From: a virus
Taxonomy: Duplodnaviria > Heunggongvirae > Uroviricota > Caudoviricetes
Strand: one strand, 5' to 3'
Length of the DNA stretch: 5,881 nt
IMG/VR virus record: IMGVR_UViG_2681813262_000008
Shown here: positions 1 through 5,881 of the stretch, one piece after another
Numbering within the stretch: the stretch's first letter is position 1
How the letters are laid out: every line of letters begins with the position of its first letter
The notes under the pieces: generated by a model
What the model was told of the DNA's origin: nothing
Database searches by the model: none
What the model saw: only the letters and a program-made list of their open reading frames with translations
Made by a program: the position numbers and the translations under genes

Positions 1-1012
1 ACGTCGCCAGCTGTCCGCACAGGAGAAATCCCTGCTGGCGCATAAAGATGAGACGCTGGAGTACAAACGCCAGCTGGCTGCACTTGGCGATAAGGTCACG
101 TATCAGGAGCGCCTGAACGCGCTGGCGCAGCAGGCGGATAAATTCGCACAGCAGCAACGGGCAAAACGGGCCGCTATTGATGCGAAAAGCCGGGGGCTGA
201 CTGACCGGCAGGCAGAACGGGAAGCCACGGAACAGCGCCTGAAGGAACAGTATGGCGATAATCCTCTGGCGCTGAATAACGTCATGTCAGAGCAGAAAAA
301 GACCTGGGCGGCTGAAGACCTGCTTCGCGGGAGCTGGATGGCAGGCCTCAGGTCCGGCTGGAGCGAGTGGAAAGAGAGTGCCACGGACAGTATGTCGCAG
401 GTAAAAAGTGCAGCCACGCAGACCTTTGATGGTATTGCGCAGAATATGGCGGCGATGCTGACCGGCAGTGAGCAGAACTGGCGCAGCTTCACCCGTTCCG
501 TGCTGTCCATGATGACAGAAATTCTGCTTAAGCAGGCAATGGTGGGGATTGTCGGGAGTATTGGCAGCGCCATTGGCGGGGCTGTTGGTGGCGGCGCATC
601 AGCGTCAGGCGGTACAGCCATTCAGGCCGCTGCGGCGAAATTCCATTTTGCAACCGGAGGATTTACGGGAACCGGCGGCAAATATGAGCCAGCGGGGATT
701 GTTCACCGTGGTGAATTTGTCTTCACGAAGGAGGCAACCAGCCGGATTGGCGTGGGAAATCTCTACCGGCTGATGCGCGGCTATGCCACCGGCGGTTATG
801 TCGGTGGCACCGGAAGTCCGGCGCAAATGCGGCGTTCAGAGGGTATCAGGTTTGAGCAGAACAACAACGTGGTGATTCAGAACGACGGTACGAATGGTCT
901 GCCAGGTCCACAGATGATGAAGGCGGTGTATGACATGGCCCGCAAGGGTGCCCGTGATGAAATCCAGGCACAGATGCGCGATGGTGGTCTGTTCTCCGGA
1001 GGTGGACGATGA
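1..1012 (+). CDS. H: Tail tape measure protein, C-terminal 337 codons (5' end lies upstream of the window)
   Basis: Reading frame is open from position 2 to the TGA at 1010..1012; the track ORF 284..1012 is only its last internal Met onward. Translation (RRQLSAQEKSLLAHKDETLEY...GGLFSGGGR) matches my memory of the lambda gpH C-terminus. Gly/Ala-rich hydrophobic stretch (MVGIVGSIGSAIGGAVGGGASASGG). Stop overlaps the M start (ATGA). Confidence 0.9.
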   Translation, partial: RRQLSAQEKSLLAHKDETLEYKRQLAALGDKVTYQERLNALAQQADKFAQQQRAKRAAIDAKSRGLTDRQAEREATEQRLKEQYGDNPLALNNVMSEQKKTWAAEDLLRGSWMAGLRSGWSEWKESATDSMSQVKSAATQTFDGIAQNMAAMLTGSEQNWRSFTRSVLSMMTEILLKQAMVGIVGSIGSAIGGAVGGGASASGGTAIQAAAAKFHFATGGFTGTGGKYEPAGIVHRGEFVFTKEATSRIGVGNLYRLMRGYATGGYVGGTGSPAQMRRSEGIRFEQNNNVVIQNDGTNGLPGPQMMKAVYDMARKGARDEIQAQMRDGGLFSGGGR

Positions 1013-1338
1013 AAACCTTCCGCTGGAAAGTGAAACCCGGGATGGATGTGACATCGGCTCCTTCCGTCAGGGAGGTGCGCTTTGGTGATGGCTATTCCCA
1101 GCGTGCGCCTGCCGGGCTGAACGCTGACCTGAAAACGTACAGCGTGACGCTGTCTGTCTCCCGTGAGGAGGCCACGGCGCTGGAGTCGTTTCTGGAAGAG
1201 CACGGGGGCTGGAAAGCCTTTCTGTGGACGCCGCCTTATGAGTGGCGGCAGATAAAGGTGACCTGCGCAAAATGGTCGTCGCGGGTCAGTATGTTGCGTG
1301 TTGAGTTCAGCGCAGAGTTTAAACAGGTGGTGAACTGA
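1009..1338 (+). CDS. M: Minor tail protein M (109 aa)
   Basis: Track ORF 1009..1338; protein MKTFRWKVKPGMDV...RVEFSAEFKQVVN matches lambda gpM from memory. Start overlaps the H stop (ATGA); stop overlaps the L start (TGATG). Confidence 0.93.
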   Translation: MKTFRWKVKPGMDVTSAPSVREVRFGDGYSQRAPAGLNADLKTYSVTLSVSREEATALESFLEEHGGWKAFLWTPPYEWRQIKVTCAKWSSRVSMLRVEFSAEFKQVVN

Positions 1339-2036
1339 TGCAGGATATCCGGCAGGAAACACTGAATGAATGCACCCGTGCGGAGCAGTCGGCCAGCGTG
1401 GTGCTCTGGGAAATCGATCTGACAGAGGTCGGTGGAGAACGTTATTTTTTCTGTAATGAGCAGAACGAAAAAGGTGAGCCGGTCACCTGGCAGGGGAGGC
1501 AGTATCAGGCGTATCCCATTCAGGGGAGCGGTTTTGAACTGAATGGCAAAGGCACCAGTACGCGGCCCACGCTGGCAGTCTCTAACCTGTACGGCATGGT
1601 CACCGGTATGGTGGAAGATATGCAGAGTCTGGTCGGCGGAACGGTGGTCCGGCGTAAGGTTTACGCCCGTTTTCTGGATGCGGTGAACTTCGTCAACGGA
1701 AACAGCGACGCCGATCCGGAACAGGAGGTGATCAGCCGCTGGCGCATCGAGCAGTGCAGCGAACTGAGCGCGGTGAGTGCCTCCTTTGTACTGTCCACGC
1801 CGACGGAAACGGATGGCGCTGTTTTTCCGGGGCGTATCATGCTGGCCAACACCTGCACCTGGACCTATCGCGGCGATGAGTGCGGTTATCACGGTCCGGC
1901 GGTCGCGGATGAATATGACCAGCCAACGTCCGATATCACGAAGGATAAATGCAGCAAATGCCTGAGCGGTTGTAAGTTCCGCAATAACGTCGGCAACTTT
2001 GGCGGCTTCCTTTCCATTAACAAACTTTCGCAGTAA
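1338..2036 (+). CDS. L: Minor tail protein L (232 aa), copy 1, sequence type 1
   Basis: Track ORF 1338..2036; protein MQDIRQETLNECTRAEQSASVVLWEIDL...FGGFLSINKLSQ matches lambda gpL from memory. C-terminal cysteine cluster (C-x10-C ... C-x2-C-x3-C) is the known Fe-S binding region of gpL. Confidence 0.92.
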   Translation: MQDIRQETLNECTRAEQSASVVLWEIDLTEVGGERYFFCNEQNEKGEPVTWQGRQYQAYPIQGSGFELNGKGTSTRPTLAVSNLYGMVTGMVEDMQSLVGGTVVRRKVYARFLDAVNFVNGNSDADPEQEVISRWRIEQCSELSAVSASFVLSTPTETDGAVFPGRIMLANTCTWTYRGDECGYHGPAVADEYDQPTSDITKDKCSKCLSGCKFRNNVGNFGGFLSINKLSQ

Positions 2037-2040
2037 TCCC

Positions 2041-2193
2041 ATGACAGAGACAGAATCAGCGATTCTGGCGCACGCCCGGCGATGTGCGCCAGCGGAGTCG
2101 TGCGGCTTCGTGGTGAGAGCGCCGGAGGGGGAAAGATATTTTCCCGGCGTGAATATTTCCGGTGAGCCGGAGGATTATTTCCGGATGGCTCCG
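2041..2193 (+). pseudogene. K: 5' fragment of tail assembly protein K gene (51 codons, type 1), cut off by the N run
   Basis: ATG at 2041, 4 nt after the L stop; MTETESAILAHARRCAPAESCGFVVRAPEGERYFPGVNISGEPEDYFRMAP equals the N-terminus of the complete K ORF at 3979 apart from four residues; sequence ends at the N run 2194..2201. Confidence 0.75.
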
Positions 2194-2201
2194 NNNNNNN
2201 N
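2194..2201. other. Run of 8 N (gap or masked bases) at junction between repeat segments A and B
   Basis: Literal n characters in the sequence; the flanking sequence jumps from K codon 51 back to the last 16 nt of M. Confidence 0.99.
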
Positions 2202-2217
2202 AACAGGTGGTGAACTG

Positions 2218-2916
2218 ATGCAGGATATCCGGCAGGAAACACTGAATGAATGCACCCGTGCGGAGCAGTCGGCCAGCGTGGTGCTCTGGGAAATCGATCT
2301 GACAGAGGTCGGTGGAGAACGTTATTTTTTCTGTAATGAGCAGAACGAAAAAGGTGAGCCGGTCACCTGGCAGGGGCGACAGTATCAGCCGTATCCCATT
2401 CAGGGGAGTGGTTTTGAACTGAATGGCAAAGGCACCAGTACGCGCCCCACGCTGATGGTTTCTAACCTGTACGGTATGGTCACCGGGATGGCGGAAGATC
2501 TACAGAGTCTGGTCGGCGGAACGGTGGTCCGGCGTAAGGTTTACGCCCGTTTTCTGGATGCGGTGAACTTCGTCAACGGAAACAGTGACGCCGATCCGGA
2601 GCAGGAGGTGATCAGCCGCTGGCGCATTGAGCAGTGCAGCGAACTGAGCGCGGTGAGTGCCTCTTTTGTACTGTCCACGCCGACGGAAACAGATGGCGCT
2701 GTTTTTCCGGGACGTATCATGCTGGCCAACACCTGCACCTGGACCTATCGCGGCGATGAGTGCGGTTATCACGGTCCGGCGGTCGCGGATGAATATGACC
2801 AGCCAACGTCCGACATCACGAAGGATAAATGCAGCAAATGCCTGAGTGGCTGTAAGTTTCGCAATAACGTCGGCAACTTTGGCGGCTTCCTTTCCATTAA
2901 CAAACTTTCGCAGTAA
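2218..2916 (+). CDS. L: Minor tail protein L (232 aa), copy 2, sequence type 2
   Basis: Full-length L ORF preceded by the last 16 nt of M (aacaggtggtgaactg, as at 1322..1337). Differs from copy 1 by roughly 25 substitutions by manual alignment, giving four amino-acid changes (A58P, A80M, V92A, M95L). The track ORF 1999..2916 is this ORF fused in frame across the N run to upstream sequence. Confidence 0.8.
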   Translation: MQDIRQETLNECTRAEQSASVVLWEIDLTEVGGERYFFCNEQNEKGEPVTWQGRQYQPYPIQGSGFELNGKGTSTRPTLMVSNLYGMVTGMAEDLQSLVGGTVVRRKVYARFLDAVNFVNGNSDADPEQEVISRWRIEQCSELSAVSASFVLSTPTETDGAVFPGRIMLANTCTWTYRGDECGYHGPAVADEYDQPTSDITKDKCSKCLSGCKFRNNVGNFGGFLSINKLSQ

Positions 2917-2920
2917 TCCC

Positions 2921-3041
2921 ATGACAGAGACAGAATCAGCGATTCTGGCGCACGCCCGGCGATGTGCTCCAGCGGAGTCGTGCGGCTTCGTGGTAAGAAC
3001 GCCGGAGGGGGAAAGATATTTCCCCTGCGTGAATATCTCCG
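2921..3041 (+). pseudogene. K: 5' fragment of K gene (40 codons, type 2), cut off by single N at 3042
   Basis: MTETESAILAHARRCAPAESCGFVVRTPEGERYFPCVNIS; nucleotide-identical to 3979..4099 of the complete K gene by manual comparison. Confidence 0.75.
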
Positions 3042-3042
3042 N

Positions 3043-3549
3043 GGTTTTGAACTGAATGGCAAAGGCACCAGTACGCGGCCCACGCTGGCAGTCTCTAACC
3101 TGTACGGCATGGTCACCGGTATGGTGGAAGATATGCAGAGTCTGGTCGGCGGAACGGTGGTCCGGCGTAAGGTTTACGCCCGTTTTCTGGATGCGGTGAA
3201 CTTCGTCAACGGAAACAGAGACGCCGATCCGGAGCAGGAGGTGATCAGCCGCTGGCGCATCGAGCAGTGCAGCGAACTGAGCGCGGTGAGTGCCTCCTTT
3301 GTACTGTCCACGCCGACGGAAACGGATGGCGCTGTTTTTCCGGGGCGTATCATGCTGGCCAACACCTGCACCTGGACCTATCGCGGCGATGAGTGCGGTT
3401 ATCACGGTCCGGCGGTCGCGGATGAATATGACCAGCCAACGTCCGATATCACGAAGGATAAATGCAGCAAATGCCTGAGCGGTTGTAAGTTCCGCAATAA
3501 CGTCGGCAACTTTGGCGGCTTCCTTTCCATTAACAAACTTTCGCAGTAA
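3043..3549 (+). pseudogene. L: 3' fragment of L (codons 65-232, type 1 with 2 substitutions relative to copy 1)
   Basis: Begins directly after the N at 3042 at the sequence corresponding to 1530 of copy 1 (GFELNGKGTSTRPTLAVSNLYGMVTGMVEDMQSL...) and runs to TAA 3547..3549. Differs from copy 1 at 3214 (S to R) and a silent change near 3231. Confidence 0.75.
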
Positions 3550-3554
3550 ATCCC

Positions 3555-3748
3555 ATGACAGAGACAGAATCAGCGATTCTGGCGCACGCCCGGCGATGTG
3601 CGCCAGCGGAGTCGTGCGGCTTCGTGGTGAGAGCGCCGGAGGGGGAAAGATATTTTCCCGGCGTGAATATTTCCGGTGAGCCGGAGGATTATTTCCGGAT
3701 GGCTCCGGAGGACTGGCTGCAGGCAGAGATGCAGGGTGAGATTGTGGC
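3555..3748 (+). pseudogene. K: 5' fragment of K gene (64 codons, type 1), cut off by single N at 3749
   Basis: ATG at 3555; MTETES...RMAPEDWLQAEMQGEIV. The L-K spacer here has one extra A (taaatccc versus taatccc in the other copies). Confidence 0.75.
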
Positions 3749-3749
3749 N

Positions 3750-3974
3750 GATGGCGCTGTTTTTCCGGGACGTATCATGCTGGCCAACACCTGCACCTGG
3801 ACCTATCGCGGCGATGAGTGCGGTTATCACGGTCCGGCGGTCGCGGATGAATATGACCAGCCAACGTCCGACATCACGAAGGATAAATGCAGCAAATGCC
3901 TGAGTGGCTGTAAGTTTCGCAATAACGTCGGCAACTTTGGCGGCTTCCTTTCCATTAACAAACTTTCGCAGTAA
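3750..3974 (+). pseudogene. L: 3' fragment of L (codons 159-232, type 2)
   Basis: Begins after the N at 3749 at the sequence corresponding to 1812 of copy 1 (DGAVFPGRIMLANTCTWTYRGDECGYHGPAV...), ends at TAA 3972..3974. Carries the type-2 variants (ccgggacgt, tccgacatc, ctgagtggctgtaagtttcgc) and looks identical to 2696..2916. Confidence 0.75.
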
Positions 3975-3978
3975 TCCC

Positions 3979-4722
3979 ATGACAGAGACAGAATCAGCGA
4001 TTCTGGCGCACGCCCGGCGATGTGCTCCAGCGGAGTCGTGCGGCTTCGTGGTAAGAACGCCGGAGGGGGAAAGATATTTCCCCTGCGTGAATATCTCCGG
4101 TGAGCCGGAGGCGTATTTCCGTATGTCGCCGGAAGACTGGCTGCAGGCAGAGATGCAGGGTGAGATTGTGGCACTGGTCCACAGCCACCCCGGTGGTCTG
4201 CCCTGGCTGAGTGAGGCCGACCGGCGGCTGCAGGTGCAGAGTGATTTGCCGTGGTGGCTGGTCTGCCGGGGGGCGATTCACAAGTTCCGCTGTGTGCCAC
4301 ATCTTACCGGGCGGCGCTTTGAGCACGGGGTGACGGACTGTTACACGCTGTTCCGGGATGCTTACCATCTGGCGGGGATTGAGATGCCGGATTTTCATCG
4401 TGAGGATGACTGGTGGCGTCACGGTCAGAATCTCTATCTGGATAATCTGGAGGCCACAGGGCTGTATCAGGTGCCGTTGTCAGCGGCGCAGCCGGGCGAT
4501 GTGCTGCTGTGCTGTTTTGGTTCATCGGTGCCGAATCATGCCGCCATTTACTGTGGTGACGGCGAGCTGCTGCACCATATTCCTGAACAACTGAGCAAAC
4601 GAGAGAGGTATACCGACAAATGGCAGCGACGCACACACTCCCTCTGGCGTCACCGGGCATGGCACGCATCTGCCTTTACGGGGATTTGCAACGATTTGGC
4701 CGCCGCATCGACCTTCGTGTGA
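3979..4722 (+). CDS. K: Tail assembly protein K with JAB/MPN (JAMM) metalloprotease motif and NlpC/P60 peptidase domain; long form 247 aa (canonical lambda start would be the internal ATG at 4123, 199 aa)
   Basis: In-frame ORF from ATG 3979 to TGA 4720..4722. JAMM-type motif H-S-H-P-x7-S-x2-D encoded at 4180..4221 (LVHSHPGGLPWLSEAD). NlpC/P60-like Cys in DCYTL (Cys codon 4339..4341) and downstream His residues (PNHAAIY, LLHH). GGAGG at 4107..4111 precedes the internal ATG 4123; no clear SD precedes 3979. Confidence 0.85.
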   Translation: MTETESAILAHARRCAPAESCGFVVRTPEGERYFPCVNISGEPEAYFRMSPEDWLQAEMQGEIVALVHSHPGGLPWLSEADRRLQVQSDLPWWLVCRGAIHKFRCVPHLTGRRFEHGVTDCYTLFRDAYHLAGIEMPDFHREDDWWRHGQNLYLDNLEATGLYQVPLSAAQPGDVLLCCFGSSVPNHAAIYCGDGELLHHIPEQLSKRERYTDKWQRRTHSLWRHRAWHASAFTGICNDLAAASTFV

Positions 4723-5291
4723 AAACGGGTGCCGAAGCCATCCGGGCGATGGCCACACAGCTCCCTGCGTTTCGTCAGAAGCTGAGCGACGGCTGGTATC
4801 AGGTGCGTATTGCCGGGCAGGATGTTAGCACGTCCGGATTAACGGCACAGTTACATGAGGCTCTGCCTGACGGCGCTGTGATTCATATTGTTCCCAGAGT
4901 CGCCGGGGCCAAGTCAGGTGGTGTATTCCAGATTGTCCTGGGAGCAGCCGCCATTGCCGGATCATTCTTTACCGCCGGAGCCACCCTTGCAGCATGGGGG
5001 GCTGCCATTGGTGCCGGTGGTATGACCGGCATTCTGTTTTCTCTCGGTGCCAGTATGGTGCTCGGCGGTGTGGCTCAGATGCTGGCACCGAAAGCCAGAA
5101 CTCCCCGCACACAGACAACGGATAACGGTAAGCAGAACACCTATTTCTCCTCACTGGATAACATGGTTGCCCAGGGCAATGTTATGCCTGTTCTGTATGG
5201 TGAAATGCGCGTGGGGTCACGTGTGGTATCTCAGGAGATCAGCACGGCAGACGAAGGGGACGGTGGTCAGGTTGTGGTGATTGGTCGCTGA
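4620..5291 (+). CDS. I: Tail assembly protein I (223 aa)
   Basis: Track ORF 4620..5291; MAATHTLPLASPGMARICLYGDLQRF...DGGQVVVIGR matches lambda gpI from memory. Purine-rich GAGAGAGG at 4601..4608 upstream. Overlaps the 3' end of K by 103 nt in another frame. Confidence 0.92.
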   Translation: MAATHTLPLASPGMARICLYGDLQRFGRRIDLRVKTGAEAIRAMATQLPAFRQKLSDGWYQVRIAGQDVSTSGLTAQLHEALPDGAVIHIVPRVAGAKSGGVFQIVLGAAAIAGSFFTAGATLAAWGAAIGAGGMTGILFSLGASMVLGGVAQMLAPKARTPRTQTTDNGKQNTYFSSLDNMVAQGNVMPVLYGEMRVGSRVVSQEISTADEGDGGQVVVIGR

Positions 5292-5351
5292 TGCAAAATG
5301 TTTTATGTGAAATCGCCTCCGGGCGGTTTTATCGTTTATGGAGCATGACGA

Positions 5352-5881
5352 ATGGGTAAAGGCAGCAGTAAGGGGCATACCCCGCGCGAAGCGAAGGACA
5401 ACCTGAAGTCCACGCAGCTGCTGAGTGTGATCGATGCCATCAGCGAAGGGCCGGTTGAAGGTCCGGTGGATGGATTAAAAAGCGTGCTGCTGAACAGTAC
5501 GCCGGTGCTGGACAGTGAGGGGAATACCAACATCTCCGGCGTCACGGTGGTGTTCCGGGCAGGTGAGCAGGAGCAGTCACCGCCGGAGGGATTTGAATCC
5601 TCCGGCTCCGAGACGGTGCTGGGTACGGAAGTGAAATATGACACGCCGATCACCCGGACCATCACGTCGGCAAACATTGACCGACTGCGTTTTACCTTCG
5701 GTGTACAGGCACTGGTGGAAACCACCTCAAAGGGAGACAGGAATCCGTCTGAAGTTCGCCTGCTGGTTCAGATACAGCGTAACGGTGGCTGGGTGACGGA
5801 AAAAGACATCACCATTAAGGGCAAAACCACCTCGCAGTATCTGGCCTCGGTGGTGGTGGATAACCTGCCGCCGCGCCCGTT
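5352..5881 (+). CDS. J: Tail tip attachment / central tail fibre protein J, N-terminal 176 codons (continues past window end)
   Basis: ATG at 5352 preceded by GGAG at 5340..5343; frame open to the window end, which is why the track does not list it. Translation MGKGSSKGHTPREAKDNLKSTQLLSVIDAISEGPVEGPVDGLKSVLLNSTPVLD... matches the lambda gpJ N-terminus from memory. Confidence 0.92.
   Translation, partial: MGKGSSKGHTPREAKDNLKSTQLLSVIDAISEGPVEGPVDGLKSVLLNSTPVLDSEGNTNISGVTVVFRAGEQEQSPPEGFESSGSETVLGTEVKYDTPITRTITSANIDRLRFTFGVQALVETTSKGDRNPSEVRLLVQIQRNGGWVTEKDITIKGKTTSQYLASVVVDNLPPRP

Larger units (their letters stand above)
1322..4170 (+). repeat. Reiterated L-K' module: four overlapping segments with N at every junction (2194..2201, 3042, 3749), alternating between two sequence types
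   Basis: Segment A 1..2193 (type 1), B 2202..3041 (type 2), C 3043..3748 (type 1-like), D 3750..end (type 2). A to B L start-to-start offset is 880 nt. B and D are identical in their roughly 346-nt overlap; A and C differ at only about 3 positions. Confidence 0.9.

Noticed and set aside
549-773. + strand ORF of 74 aa in an alternative frame inside H
   Set aside because: Fully embedded out of frame in the tape measure gene, with no recognisable features; most likely a chance ORF.
3904-3978. Upstream ATG at 3904 giving a 272-aa K (MAVSFAITSATLAASFPLTNFRSNP-MTETES...)
   Set aside because: That start lies inside the L coding region in another frame and the extra 25 residues are the out-of-frame reading of the L 3' end. 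The ATG at 3979 just after the L stop, or the canonical 4123, are the plausible starts.
1322-4170. Possibility that the repeated units are a CRISPR array or another functional repeat system
   Set aside because: The units are gene-sized (about 700-880 bp), consist of protein-coding L/K sequence and are separated by N characters, not unique spacers. Nothing here resembles short direct repeats with spacers.
5314-5330. Small hairpin (cgcc-tccg-ggcg) followed by gtttt in the I-J intergenic spacer, resembling an intrinsic terminator
   Set aside because: The stem is only 4 bp and the T tract is short and interrupted. I and J are expected to be co-transcribed in the late operon, so it is at most a weak RNA structure.
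103-5725. Minus-strand ORFs from the track (103..621, 877..1362, 1236..2042, 2500..3405, 3827..4300, 4304..4669, 5336..5725 and shorter ones)
   Set aside because: Each lies antisense to a well-supported + strand tail gene, has a low-complexity Pro/Arg/Ala-rich translation typical of shadow frames in GC-rich DNA, and resembles no protein I recognise. Several are simply repeated because the underlying L sequence is repeated.
1-5881. Possibility of a novel defence or accessory system embedded in the window
   Set aside because: Every stretch of the window is accounted for by the conserved lambdoid tail genes H, M, L, K, I and J and their fragments. There is no unexplained intergenic space or foreign-looking ORF; the only anomaly is the artefact-like repetition.

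Overview
This window is the tail-tip assembly block of a lambda-like (lambdoid) phage or prophage, all on the + strand in the order H (3' part) - M - L - K - I - J (5' part). I recognise the proteins from memory as near-identical to lambda gpH, gpM, gpL, gpK, gpI and gpJ; no database search was run. The window contains no novel biological system that I can support. The unusual thing is structural: between about 1322 and 4170 the L gene and the first 40-64 codons of K recur four times, with every junction marked by N characters (8 N at 2194..2201, single N at 3042 and 3749). The copies fall into two sequence types that alternate (segments A and C versus B and D), and B and D are identical wherever they overlap. 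This pattern is most simply explained as a mis-scaffolded or chimeric assembly of two closely related lambdoid prophage loci, not a real tandem amplification. The true locus is most likely single-copy H-M-L-K-I-J. All minus-strand ORFs in the track are antisense shadows of these genes.
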